A program made the position numbers and the translations under genes. A stretch of DNA of 64,000 nucleotides from NCBI GenBank assembly GCA_965203905.1, contig CBDBDQ010000005.1, positions 5,280,001 to 5,344,000 on the forward strand, in the 5' to 3' direction. Source of the DNA: Spirochaetia bacterium. Lineage in GTDB: Bacteria > Spirochaetota > Spirochaetia > SZUA-6 > Bin103. The notes under the pieces were generated by a model. That model was not told the origin of the DNA. It did no database searches and was given only the letters and a program-made list of their open reading frames with translations. Of the stretch, positions 10,535-20,428 are shown piece by piece. The first letter of the stretch is position 1; the number at the start of each line of letters is the position of its first letter.

Positions 10535-11881
10535 ATGTCCTCCGACCGGCCCCCTCCCGGCCTGCGCGAGTCCGCCACCTTCGACCGCTACACCATCCAC
10601 GAGATCCAGCGCGCGGCGCGCACCGGCATCTACCACATCCGCGGCTGGGGCGCGAAACGGCCGCTGCCGCACTTCGACGACCTGGTGTTCCTCGGCGCCA
10701 GCATGTCGCGTTATCCACTGGAAGGCTACCGCGAGCGCTGCGACACCGACGTGGTGCTGGGCACGCGCCACGCGCGCAATCCGATCCATCTCGACATTCC
10801 CGTCACCATCGCCGGCATGAGCTTCGGCGCGCTCTCGGCGCAGGCCAAGGAGGCGCTGGGCCGCGGCGCCAGCGCCGTGGGCACCAGCACCACCACCGGC
10901 GACGGCGGCATGACCGCCGAGGAGCGCGCCCACTCGCGTACCCTGGTATACCAGCTCCTGCCCTCCCGCTACGGCATGAACCCGGACGACCTGCGCCGCG
11001 CCGACGCCATCGAGGTGGTGCTCGGCCAGGGCGCCAAGCCGGGCGGCGGCGGGATGCTGCTGGGACAGAAGATCAGCGAGCGGGTGGCCGAGATGCGCAC
11101 CCTGCCGCCCGACATCGACCAGCGTTCCGCGTCACGCCATCCCGACTGGACCGGACCCGACGACCTGACGATCAAGATCGTCGAGCTGCGCGAGATCACC
11201 GACTGGCGGCTGCCGATCTTCGTCAAGATCGGCGCCACCCGGACCTACTACGACACCCTGCTGGCGATCAAGGCCGGCGCCGACGTGGTGGTGCTGGACG
11301 GCATGCAGGGGGGCACCGGCGCCACCCAGGAGGTGTTCATCGAGCACGTCGGCATCCCCACCCTGGCGGCGCTGCGCCAGGCGGTGGAGGCGCTGAACGA
11401 GTTGGAGATGCACCGCAAGGTGCAGTTGATCGTGTCCGGCGGCATCCGTAGCGGCGCCGACGTGGCCAAGGCGCTGGCGATGGGCGCGGACGCCTGCTCC
11501 ATCGGCACCGCGGCGCTGATCGCCCTGGGCGACAACAGCCCCGAGCTCGACGCGGAGTACCGCAAGATCGGGTCGGCGGCCGGGTTCTACGACGACCTGC
11601 AGGACGGCCGCGACCCCGCGGGAATCTCGACCCAGGATGACAACCTGGCCCGGCGCCTGGACCCGGAGGTGGGCGGGCGCCGGATCGCCAACTACCTGCG
11701 GGTGATGACCATGGAAGCCCAGACCATCGCCCGCGCGTGCGGCAAGTCGCACGTGCACAACCTGGAACCGGAGGATCTGGCCGCGCTGACCGTGGAAGCG
11801 GCGGCGATGGCCAGGATCCCCCTGGCCGGGACCGACTGGGTACCGGGTGCCGGGGATCACCACCCCGAGACGAAACGCTGA
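10535..11881 (+). CDS. mgsC: N-methylglutamate synthase subunit C (FMN-binding glutamate synthase domain, GlxD)
   Basis: IAGMSFGALS, GQGAKPGGGGMLLGQK, RHPDWTGPDDL; start re-called at ATG 10535. Confidence 0.9.
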   Translation: MSSDRPPPGLRESATFDRYTIHEIQRAARTGIYHIRGWGAKRPLPHFDDLVFLGASMSRYPLEGYRERCDTDVVLGTRHARNPIHLDIPVTIAGMSFGALSAQAKEALGRGASAVGTSTTTGDGGMTAEERAHSRTLVYQLLPSRYGMNPDDLRRADAIEVVLGQGAKPGGGGMLLGQKISERVAEMRTLPPDIDQRSASRHPDWTGPDDLTIKIVELREITDWRLPIFVKIGATRTYYDTLLAIKAGADVVVLDGMQGGTGATQEVFIEHVGIPTLAALRQAVEALNELEMHRKVQLIVSGGIRSGADVAKALAMGADACSIGTAALIALGDNSPELDAEYRKIGSAAGFYDDLQDGRDPAGISTQDDNLARRLDPEVGGRRIANYLRVMTMEAQTIARACGKSHVHNLEPEDLAALTVEAAAMARIPLAGTDWVPGAGDHHPETKR

Positions 11882-11894
11882 AAGGAGCCATGTG

Positions 11895-13253
11895 ATGGCC
11901 GATCGTGACGCAGTACGGAAACGCCTCGCCGACGAGGGCATCGAGTTTCTCCTCGTCCAGTTCGTGGATGTGACCGGCGCCGCCAAGGTGAAAATGGTGC
12001 CGGTAGCCGCCTTCGACGACGCCCTGGAGGTGGGCGCGGGATTCGCCGGCGCCGCGCTGTGGGGCATGGGGCAGGGACCCCACTCCCACGACATGCTGGC
12101 GCGCATCGATCTCGACTCCTACACCCGGCTGGCCTGGCAGCCCAACACCGTGCGCTTCGCCAGCGACCTGTTCGTCGACGAGGAGTCGCATCCGTTCTGC
12201 GCCCGCACCAACCTCAAGCGGGTGCTGGACGACGCCCGCGCCCGCGGCTACGTGTTCAACGTGGGGATGGAGCCGGAGCACTTCCTGGTGAGCCGCGGCG
12301 ACGACGGCGCGATCCGGCCGTGGGACCCGGACGGCGTCGACTCGCTGGCCAAGCCCTGCTACGACTTCCGCTCCATGTCGCCGGCGATGGCCTACCTGCA
12401 GGAGCTGACCCTGGCGCTCAACTCGCTGGGCTGGGGCGTCTACCAGTGCGACCACGAGGACGCCAACGGCCAGTTCGAGGTCAACTTCGAGTATGCCGAC
12501 GCCCTCACCAGCTCCGACCGCATCATCTTCTTCAAGATGGCCACCTCGCAGGTCGCCAAGCGCCACGGCGCCATCGCCACCCACATGCCGAAGCCGTTCG
12601 CCGACCGCACCGGCAGCGGCCTGCACGTGCACTACCACCTGGCCGACGCCGCGACCGGCGAGAACGTGTTTCTCGATTCCGCGGACGCGCGCGGCCTGGG
12701 CTGCTCGCGGCTGGCCTACCACTTCATCGGCGGCATCGTGCATCACGCCCGCGCCCTGTGCGCGGTGACCAGCCCCACGGTCAACTGCTACAAGCGCCTG
12801 CAGCTCGGCGCGGGGCTCTACTCCAGCCGCTCGGGCTTCACCTGGACCCCGGCGTTCATCACCTACGGCGACAACAACCGCACCCAGATGATCCGCACGG
12901 CGGGGGAGGGCCACTTCGAGGACCGCACCGTGAGCGCCGCCGCCAACCCCTACCTGGCGCTGGCCGCCTACCTGAGCGCCGGCCTGGACGGCATCGACCG
13001 CGAGCTGGAGCCGGGCGAGCCCAACCTGGGCAACATGTACGAGCGCTCGCTGGACGAGATCCGCGCCTCCGGGGTGGGGGTGCTGCCGCAGTCGCTGTCC
13101 GAGGCGGTGGACGAGTTGCGGAGCGACCAGGTGGTGCAGGCGGCGCTGGGGCCGATCGCGGCGGAGTTCATCGCGTGGCAGGCCGCGGAGTGGGCCGCCT
13201 ACGACAGCCAGGTGAGCCGCTGGGAGGTGGACCGCTACCTGACCTCCTTGTAG
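11895..13253 (+). CDS. gmaS: Gamma-glutamylmethylamide synthetase (GlnT/type III GS-like)
   Basis: GFAGAA, KPCYD, DHEDANGQFEVNF, MPKPF, NNRTQMIR; RBS AAGGAG; sits between mgs and mgd. Confidence 0.85.
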   Translation: MADRDAVRKRLADEGIEFLLVQFVDVTGAAKVKMVPVAAFDDALEVGAGFAGAALWGMGQGPHSHDMLARIDLDSYTRLAWQPNTVRFASDLFVDEESHPFCARTNLKRVLDDARARGYVFNVGMEPEHFLVSRGDDGAIRPWDPDGVDSLAKPCYDFRSMSPAMAYLQELTLALNSLGWGVYQCDHEDANGQFEVNFEYADALTSSDRIIFFKMATSQVAKRHGAIATHMPKPFADRTGSGLHVHYHLADAATGENVFLDSADARGLGCSRLAYHFIGGIVHHARALCAVTSPTVNCYKRLQLGAGLYSSRSGFTWTPAFITYGDNNRTQMIRTAGEGHFEDRTVSAAANPYLALAAYLSAGLDGIDRELEPGEPNLGNMYERSLDEIRASGVGVLPQSLSEAVDELRSDQVVQAALGPIAAEFIAWQAAEWAAYDSQVSRWEVDRYLTSL

Positions 13254-13333
13254 GAGGCTGCCGGCGGGCCGCCTGCCGTCGCCCGCGCGCGGCGGGTGCT
13301 TCGTGGGCCGGTCCGCCTGCCGTGGTCCAGACG

Positions 13334-14578
13334 ATGCCGTTCCGTCTCCTGAAATTCGGGCTCTCCAAGGAGTATCGGGAGCCGCGCATGTTCCGTTCGC
13401 CGGAGCGTCTGCGCGACCGCTACGACGTGGTGATCATCGGCGGCGGTGCGCACGGCCTGGCGGCCGCCTACTACCTGGCCACCGAGCACAACATTCGCGA
13501 CGTGGCGGTGCTGGAGCAGCGCTACATCGGCCACGGCGGCACCGGCCGCAACACCGCCATCATCCGCTCCAACTACCTCACCGAGGAGGGCGCCCGCTTC
13601 TACCAGTTCAGCGTCGACCTGTACCGCGACCTGGCACGCCGCCTCGACTACAATCTGTTCTACTCCGAGCGCGGCCACTTCACCCTCGCACATTCCTCGG
13701 CGGCGCTGCGCACGCAGCGCTGGCGGGCGGCGGTCAACAAGCACCTGGGGATCGACTCCGAGGTGGTGGGCCGGGAGTTCATCAAGCGCACCATCCCCGA
13801 GATCGACCTGGACTGCGGCGGCCACCAGCCGCCGATCGAGGGCGCGCTGTACCACCCGCCGGGCGCCATCGCCCGCCACGACGCGGTGGCCTGGGCCTAC
13901 GCCCGCGGCGCCGACAAGGCGGGCGCGGAGATCCACCAGCAGACCACGGTCACCGGCATCGAGCTGGCCGACGGGAAGGTCGCGGGGGTGCACACCGACC
14001 GCGGCTACGTCGCCACCGGCAAGGTGCTGAGCGCGGTGGCCGGCTGGACGCCCCAGGTCACGCGCATGGTGGGGTTGCGCACCCCGCTGGTGGTGCATCC
14101 GCTGCAGGCGTTCGTCACCGAGCCGTTCAAACCGTGGCTGGACGCCATCGTGGTGTCGGCCAGCCTGCACACCTACATCAGCCAGTCGGCGCGCGGTGAG
14201 CTGGTGGCGGGGGCCTCGCTCGACCCCTACGAGCTCACGGACATGCGCTCCACGCTGGACTTCGCCGAGGGGCTGGCCGGGCACATGCTGGACCTGTTCC
14301 CCTGCCTCGCCGACGTGCGCGTGCTGCGCCAGTGGGGCGGACTGGCGGACATGACGCCCGACTTCTCGCCGCTCATGGGCACCACCCCGGTGCCGGGGTT
14401 CTACCTCGACGCCGGCTGGGGCACCTGGGGCTTCAAGGCCTCGCCGGCCAGCGGCTACACCATGGCCGCCACGGTGGCGGCGGACGCCGACCATGAGCTG
14501 ATCGAGGCGTTCAACCTGTCCCGGTTCCGCAGCTTCGACCTGGTGGGCGAGAAGGGGGCGGCGTCCGTTGGTCACTGA
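13334..14578 (+). CDS. mgdA: N-methylglutamate dehydrogenase subunit A (SoxB-like FAD oxidoreductase)
   Basis: IIGGGAHG, TGRNTAIIRSNY, ARHDAVAW, GWGTWGFKA; start re-called at ATG 13334. Confidence 0.85.
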   Translation: MPFRLLKFGLSKEYREPRMFRSPERLRDRYDVVIIGGGAHGLAAAYYLATEHNIRDVAVLEQRYIGHGGTGRNTAIIRSNYLTEEGARFYQFSVDLYRDLARRLDYNLFYSERGHFTLAHSSAALRTQRWRAAVNKHLGIDSEVVGREFIKRTIPEIDLDCGGHQPPIEGALYHPPGAIARHDAVAWAYARGADKAGAEIHQQTTVTGIELADGKVAGVHTDRGYVATGKVLSAVAGWTPQVTRMVGLRTPLVVHPLQAFVTEPFKPWLDAIVVSASLHTYISQSARGELVAGASLDPYELTDMRSTLDFAEGLAGHMLDLFPCLADVRVLRQWGGLADMTPDFSPLMGTTPVPGFYLDAGWGTWGFKASPASGYTMAATVAADADHELIEAFNLSRFRSFDLVGEKGAASVGH

Positions 14579-14590
14579 GGGGAGGATGCG

Positions 14591-14845
14591 GTGAAGGTCC
14601 TGACCTGCCCGGTCAACGGCCCGCGGCCGCTCGACGAGTTCTACTTCGGCGGCGAGGTGCGGGAGATGCCGGATCCGGCCGCGGCGGGCGACGCGGAGTG
14701 GGCCGACTACGTGTGGTGCCGGCAGGGCGAGCCGGGGCGGCGCCGCGAGTGGTGGTACCACGTGCCGAGCAGCACCTGGTTCGTGGCCGAGCGCGACACC
14801 GAGCGCGACGAGGTGCTGCGCACCTACCTGTGGGGGCAGTCGTGA
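14591..14845 (+). CDS. mgdB: N-methylglutamate dehydrogenase subunit B (SoxD-like)
   Basis: CPVNGPR, EWWYHVPS, ERDT. Confidence 0.85.
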   Translation: MKVLTCPVNGPRPLDEFYFGGEVREMPDPAAAGDAEWADYVWCRQGEPGRRREWWYHVPSSTWFVAERDTERDEVLRTYLWGQS

Positions 14846-14906
14846 AGCCGCGCGCCCGTGCCCTGGCGCCGCGGCACGCGGCTGGTGGGCGCCCCGGGGG
14901 CCCGCC

Positions 14907-17903
14907 GTGAGCGAGCGCCTGCCGCCGCAGCCGGGCGAGTGGATCGATCGCTCGCGGCCGCTGGAGTTCCGCTTCGAGGGACAGCCGTTGCGCGGCTGCG
15001 CGGGCGACGTGATCGCCAGCGCGCTGCTGGCCAACGGCGTGCGGGTGCTGGGGCGCAGCTTCAAGTACCACCGGCCACGCGGCCTCGTCAGCCTCGCCGG
15101 ACACGACGCCAACGCTATGTTCACCGACGGCGTGCGCACCAACCTGCGCGGCGCCGGCACGCCGCTGGAGGCGGGCATGGAGCTGCGCGCCGTCAACACC
15201 GTCGGCGGGGTTCGCCGCGACCGGCTGCAGTGGCTGGAGCGGCTGGCGCGGTTCATGCCGGTGGGCTTCTACTACAAGGCGTTCCACCGCCCGCGCTGGC
15301 TGTTCCCCCGCTTCGAGCGGGCGACGCGGCGCCTGGCGGGACTGGGCCGCATCGACCGCGCGGCGGCGCCGGCCACTGCCGCCGGTGCCTATGCCTGGTG
15401 CGACGTGCTGGTGGTGGGCGGCGGGCCCGCCGGGCTGGAGGCGGCCCTGGCCGCGGGCCGGGCGGGCGCGAAGGTGCTGCTGGTGGAGGAGCAGGCACGG
15501 CTGGGCGGCAGCCTGGGGTGGCAGTACGGCGCCTGCGAGGATGCGCGGGCTGCGCTGGAAGAGCTGTGCCGGGAGCTGGCTGCGCTGGAGAACGTGGAGA
15601 TCCGCTGCTCCACGACGGCCGGCGGCCACTACGCCGACCACTGGGTGGCGCTGTTCGACGCCCGCCGCATGACCCGCGTGCGCGCGCGGGCGGTGGTGTA
15701 CGCCACCGGGGCCATCGAGCAGCCGGCGGTGTTCGGCAACAACGACCTGCCCGGCGTGCTGCTGGGATCCGCCTGCCAGCAGCTCGTGCGCTGGTACGCG
15801 GTGCGGCCGGGCCGGCGGGTGGTGGTGCTGGCGGCCAACCGCGACGCCTACCGGGTGGCCCTGGACCTGCAGGCCGCCGGCAGCGAGGTGGCGCTGATCG
15901 CCGACCTGCGCCCGGACGGCGAGCCGTCGCCGCTGGGCGCGGAGGCGCAGGCGGCGGGGATACCGGTGCTGGCCGCCTGCACGGTGTACGAGGCGCAGGC
16001 GGACCGGCGCACCGGATGGGTGGAGAGCGCGCTGGTCGCCCGGCTGGGGGTTGCACCGGCCGCCGGCAGCGGCGCGGCAGGGCGGGCGGTGGACCTGGAC
16101 TGGCGTGCCCGGATCGCCTGCGACACAGTCGTGCTGTCGGTCGGCTGGACGCCCAACGCGATGCTTCCCAGCCAGGCAGGGGTGCGGTTCCGCTACGACG
16201 AGGAGCGCGCGCAGTTGCTGCCGGCGGAGGTGCCCGATGGCGTGTTCCTGGCGGGGCGGGTACGCGGCGTCTACGAGCTGGCAGCGCAGCGGAAAGATGG
16301 CCGCGGCGCCGGCCTGCGCGCCGCGCGGGCCGCCGGGCTGGGCGACACCAAGGATCCGGAGCCGGCGCGCGGCGAGTCCGATCCCATGGTCCCGCAACCG
16401 GGGCACACGCATCCGGAGCTGGCACCCGTACCCGCGGACCGCGCACCGCGCAGTCATCCCTATCCCATCTTCGAGCATCCGGGCCATAAAAACTTCGTCG
16501 ACCTGGACGAGGACCTGCACCTGGCGGACCTGGCCAACGCCCACCAGGAGGGGTTCGACAGCGTCGAGCTGCTCAAGCGCTACAGCACGGTGGGCATGGG
16601 GCCGAGCCAGGGCAAGCTTGCCAACCTCAACGCGGCGCGCGTGGTGGCGCAGCTCAACGGACACTCCCTGGCGCAGACCGGCACCACTACCGCGCGCCCT
16701 TTCTACCAACCGGTGCCACTGGGCCACCTGGCGGGGATGCGTCACCATCCCATGCGCCGGACGCCCCTGCACGAGTGGCACCAGCAGGCGGGCGCGGTCC
16801 TCGTCCATGCCGGCGACTGGTACCGACCGGAGTACTATCCGCGCCCCGGCGCCGACCGCGGCGCCTGCATCGTGCAGGAGGCGCGGCAGGTACGCGAGGG
16901 CCTGGGGATGATCGACGTGAGCACCCTGGGCAAGCTGCTGGTCAACGGCCCGGACGCGGCCGAACTTCTGGAACGCATCTACACCGGCCGCTTCAAGAAA
17001 TTGGCGGTGGGGCGCTGCCGCTACGGCGTGGCCCTGGACGAGAGCGGCATCGTGATCGAGGACGGCGTGATCGCGCGCCTGGCGCCGGACCGTTTCTACG
17101 TCTCGGCGACCAGCAGCGGCGTGACTGCCTTCTACCGTGAGATGACCCGCTGGGCCACGATCTGGGGGCTGGATGTGACGCTCAGCGACGCCACCGGCCA
17201 CTACGCGGCCCTCAACCTGGCCGGCCCGCACAGCCGCGAGGCGCTGCAGCCACTGGCGGATCTCGACCTGAGCGCCGAGGAGTTCCCCTACCTGGCGGTG
17301 GCAGAGGCCACGGTGTGCGGGGTGCCGGCGCTGGTGCTGCGGGTGGGGTTCGTGGGGGAGCTGGGCTTCGAGGTGCACGTTCCAGCGTGGCACGGGATGC
17401 ACGTGTGGCGCACCCTGTTCGAGGCGGGTGCCGAGTGGCAGGTGTGCCCCTTCGGCCTGGAGGCACAGCGCCTGTTGCGCCTGGAGAAGGGGCACCTGAT
17501 CGTGAGCCACGACACCGACGCGCTGACCCATCCCACCGAGGTGGGACTCGACTGGGCGATCGGCAAGGGCAAGCGGTTCTTCGTCGGCCAGCGCAGCCTG
17601 CCACTCCACGCCGCCCGTCCCGCGCTGCGCACCCTGGTCGGCGTGCGCTGGCCGGACGGCCACCAAGGTCCACTGCCGGAAGAGTGCAACCTCATCATCC
17701 ACGCTGGCCGCATCGCCGGCCGCATCACCAGCATCGCCCCGGTGTCGACGCAGGGCTATCCCCTCGGCATGGCGTTCGTGGAACCCGCGCTGGCCGCCGC
17801 CGGCACCCGCGTGGGAGTGCGGCTCGACGACGGCACGACCAGCACGGCCGAGGTCGCCGAGCTGCCGTTCTACGACCCCGCCGGCGAGCGGCAGCGGCTA
17901 TGA
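14907..17903 (+). CDS. mgdC: N-methylglutamate dehydrogenase subunit C (SoxA-like, GcvT domain)
   Basis: GRSFKYHRPRG, GGGPAGL, KRYSTVGMGPSQGK, DVSTLGK, LRLEKGH. Confidence 0.88.
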   Translation: MSERLPPQPGEWIDRSRPLEFRFEGQPLRGCAGDVIASALLANGVRVLGRSFKYHRPRGLVSLAGHDANAMFTDGVRTNLRGAGTPLEAGMELRAVNTVGGVRRDRLQWLERLARFMPVGFYYKAFHRPRWLFPRFERATRRLAGLGRIDRAAAPATAAGAYAWCDVLVVGGGPAGLEAALAAGRAGAKVLLVEEQARLGGSLGWQYGACEDARAALEELCRELAALENVEIRCSTTAGGHYADHWVALFDARRMTRVRARAVVYATGAIEQPAVFGNNDLPGVLLGSACQQLVRWYAVRPGRRVVVLAANRDAYRVALDLQAAGSEVALIADLRPDGEPSPLGAEAQAAGIPVLAACTVYEAQADRRTGWVESALVARLGVAPAAGSGAAGRAVDLDWRARIACDTVVLSVGWTPNAMLPSQAGVRFRYDEERAQLLPAEVPDGVFLAGRVRGVYELAAQRKDGRGAGLRAARAAGLGDTKDPEPARGESDPMVPQPGHTHPELAPVPADRAPRSHPYPIFEHPGHKNFVDLDEDLHLADLANAHQEGFDSVELLKRYSTVGMGPSQGKLANLNAARVVAQLNGHSLAQTGTTTARPFYQPVPLGHLAGMRHHPMRRTPLHEWHQQAGAVLVHAGDWYRPEYYPRPGADRGACIVQEARQVREGLGMIDVSTLGKLLVNGPDAAELLERIYTGRFKKLAVGRCRYGVALDESGIVIEDGVIARLAPDRFYVSATSSGVTAFYREMTRWATIWGLDVTLSDATGHYAALNLAGPHSREALQPLADLDLSAEEFPYLAVAEATVCGVPALVLRVGFVGELGFEVHVPAWHGMHVWRTLFEAGAEWQVCPFGLEAQRLLRLEKGHLIVSHDTDALTHPTEVGLDWAIGKGKRFFVGQRSLPLHAARPALRTLVGVRWPDGHQGPLPEECNLIIHAGRIAGRITSIAPVSTQGYPLGMAFVEPALAAAGTRVGVRLDDGTTSTAEVAELPFYDPAGERQRL

Positions 17904-18451
17904 ACGAGACACGCAGCAGCCCGTTGCGGACCCTGGTCGCCGCCGCCCCGGCACCGATCCGGGAACTGCTCAGCCACCCCTCCGAGCTGGTGAAACGCGG
18001 GGTGAAGGGCCCCGGCGTCGCGGCCTGGGCCCAGCGCCACGACCTCCCCCTGCCGGCCACCCGCTATGCCGTGCTGCCGGTGGGCACCACCGGTGTGGTG
18101 GCACGGGCAGGGGAGGGCGAGCTGATCCTGGAGTGCCCCCCGCAGGATGCGCTGTGGCAGCGTTGGCAGGAGGCGCTGGCCGAGGCCACGGAAGGCGTCT
18201 ACGACATGCCGCAGCAGTCGGTCACCCTGGAGCTCAGCGGACCGCACGCCCCGCAGGTCCTGGCCCGGAGCTGCGCCGTGAACCTGGCCGCGGAGCCGGT
18301 CGACACCATCCTCTACACCAGGATCGCCGCAGTCTCGTGCGCCGTGCTGCCACGGGGGGAGGAGGCGTCACGAACCTATCGCCTGTGGGTCGACTACAGC
18401 CTCGCCCCCGACCTGTGGACCGCCCTGGCCGAACTCGCTGAAGACCTGTAA
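17900..18451 (+). CDS. mgdD: N-methylglutamate dehydrogenase subunit D (SoxG-like)
   Basis: ATGA-coupled to mgdC; GVKGPG and YRLWVDYSLAPDLW; operon position. Confidence 0.75.
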   Translation: MNETRSSPLRTLVAAAPAPIRELLSHPSELVKRGVKGPGVAAWAQRHDLPLPATRYAVLPVGTTGVVARAGEGELILECPPQDALWQRWQEALAEATEGVYDMPQQSVTLELSGPHAPQVLARSCAVNLAAEPVDTILYTRIAAVSCAVLPRGEEASRTYRLWVDYSLAPDLWTALAELAEDL

Positions 18452-18456
18452 GACCG

Positions 18457-18474
18457 CGGCTCCGCGCGGAGCCG
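18457..18474 (+). terminator. GC hairpin after the mgd operon
   Basis: CGGCTCCGCGCGGAGCCG palindrome just after the mgdD stop; weak U-tract. Confidence 0.4.
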
Positions 18475-18651
18475 ATTCCGTGTGCGAACGCGCTGATCCC
18501 GTGTGCGCTCTGGCCCCACCCGCGGCATTGCCGCCAAGCCCTGGTACCGCGGCGCAGGCGCCCAGCTTCCAGAGCAGGGAAGCCGCGGCAAGTAGTGGCT
18601 CGGTCACTCGGCTTGGTAAGTCAGCGCCGTGTGCGCCGCGTCGCCGGTGGC

Positions 18652-18977
18652 TCAGGGAACGCCGGCGCGGGTCACGGTAGCCGGCGGCTCCCCAACCGGA
18701 AGTTCCCACAGCGCGTCGAGCGCCGCTGTCACGTTCAGCGACTCGCCGTACCACTCGGGGGTAGCGGTGTGCGGCCCGATGCGAATGCCGGCCCCCGCCA
18801 GCCGCGCCACGGTCGGCGCCAGCGGGTCCCCGCCACCCTTCCACCGTGGCGCCGGCGGCACCGCCGGCAACGGCGCGCCATCCGGGCGCAGGAACTGGAA
18901 CCCCCCTGCGCCATTGGCGACTACCTGAAAGCCTCCTCGTGCAGCGCGCGGTGATGGAATCGGCACACGAGGCGTAA
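18652..18977 (-). pseudogene. C-terminal fragment of the DUF222/HNH nuclease gene split by the 12.3-kb insertion
   Basis: Minus strand from 18977 reads TTA CGC CTC GTG TGC CGA TTC CAT CAC (LRLVCRFHHRALHEE), continuing the HNH motif from 31319. A 1-bp frameshift near 18932 leads into the GFQVV...FLRPDG...PEWYGE tail. Confidence 0.8.
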
Positions 18978-19001
18978 TGCGAAGCGTCACATTATGAGAA
19001 G
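18975..19001. repeat. Orphan RIT-type terminal repeat
   Basis: TAATGCGAAG-CGTCAC-ATTATGAGAAG has the same length and pattern as the RIT end TAATGTAAAG-TGCGGG-ATTATGTGAAG (25387-25413). Confidence 0.65.
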
Positions 19002-19005
19002 GAGT

Positions 19006-19075
19006 CTATCCGAGCTGGCCGCGCGAACGGCTGGCGCGCTGGCCGTTGCCCCGTGGCCGGGGCCAGTTCGGATAG
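19006..19075. repeat. 70-bp branched hairpin (copy 1)
   Basis: CTATCCGAGCTGGCC...GGCCAGTTCGGATAG basal stem with two internal hairpins. Confidence 0.75.
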
Positions 19076-19335
19076 GGTTGATTGAACTAAACCGCGCGCC
19101 TATGGAGATTGGAACGCCGGTATTCCGGTGGCGGCGGAGTGCTGGGCGTGCTCGGGCAGGCGGGAACTCGCGGAGCAGAACGGGGAGCTGGGTGACAGCG
19201 CCGCATGACAAGGCGGCGACGAGCGGTTGACGGGCAGATCGCGACCGGCGCCGCGCAGGGGTGCGCAGGAGCAACGGCACGGCGGCGCGAAGGGATGCGT
19301 GATGAGATCGAACCGACGGTGTTCTGGAGATTGAG

Positions 19336-20305
19336 TCATGCGGCCTCAGGGGGAGCGCGGCGACCAGGCAGGTACTCATACTCCCAGGTGGGTTGAGAGC
19401 AGAAGTCCTGGATGCGGCGCATGGTTCCTGCATGGCACACCGGACAGCGTTGGTGATCGTCGCCGGGGGGTTCGAGAGAAACTGAGAGATCAGGTGCAGT
19501 GATCAGGTCCTGGCCGGAGGCTTGGGCAATCAGATAGCGGCACAGCGGCAGTTTTTCCTTGCGTGCACGATTGGCAAGAAAGCCGTAGTGACGAATGCGG
19601 ACGAAGCGATCGGGCAGGACGTGCAGCAGGAAACGACGCAGAAACTCGACCGCATCAAGTTTCATCATCCGGTGCCGGCGGCCACGGGCATAGTCCCGGT
19701 AGCGGAAGCTCACCGAGTCCGCGTCAGCAGCGGTGATTCTGCTGTTGGCGATGGCGACGCGATGGGTGTAGCGGGCGAGATACTTCAGCACCTGCTCGGG
19801 GCCGCCGAAGGGAGGCTTGGCATACACCACCCACTGCTTGGCGCGCAGTTGCTGGCACAGTGCGCGGAAGCGAGCGGGATCAGCCAACTCGGCAAGGGCA
19901 CCGTGGAACTGGAGTTGGTCGGCAGCGAAGCGTTGCTTGAGCGCCGCCAGCATCTTGCCGCGAAACAGCTGTGAGAGGACTCGGACCGGGAGGAAGAAAT
20001 CGTCGCGGCAGGATATCCAGGTGGCCGCGTCAGGTGCCAACCCACCGCCGGGGATGACGCAGTGGATATGAGGATGGTGCAGCAGCGTTTGGCCCCAGGT
20101 GTGCAGCACGGCGATGAAGCCGATGTCAGCGCCGAGATGCTTGGGATCGGCGGCGATGGTCCTGAGGGTAGCGGCGGTGGCAGCGAACAGGGCGCCATAG
20201 ATTTCGCGTTGGTTCTGCAGCGCCAGCGGCGCCAGTTCCGCCGGCAGGGTGAAGACGACGTGGAAATAGGGGACCGGCAGGAGATCTTGGCAGCGCTTCT
20301 CCAGC
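19336..20305 (-). pseudogene. IS91-family Y2 transposase, 3' part of the disrupted copy
   Basis: Identical to the C-terminal part of 29764-30978 (HPHIH, YLARY). Confidence 0.9.
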
Positions 20306-20428
20306 TGTTTCCAGCCAGCCGGGAGTGCCAAACCCCGCCAGTCAGCGTTGCCACGACGCGCCTGGGGCTGATGCCGAGGATCGCCAGGGTCGGGCGCGGC
20401 GACCTGAGCCGCGGCGCGCCGCGCAAGG

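Noticed and set aside
11895-13253. Housekeeping glutamine synthetase, and the adjacent genes as sarcosine oxidase
   Set aside because: Context between glxBCD and soxBDAG-like genes, together with the motifs, fits GmaS/Mgd better.
14613-17702. 1029-aa minus-strand ORF, and similar long ORFs such as 276-1319, 41056-43110, 46485-48791, 50695-52524, 52800-54770 and 58376-60292
   Set aside because: Antisense or alternate-frame shadows of well-supported genes in GC-rich DNA; no recognisable motifs.
18925-18940. Programmed frameshift in the HNH tail (also the G-run frameshift near 33806)
   Set aside because: Single-base indels in G/C runs with no slippery heptamer; more likely decay or homopolymer sequencing error.
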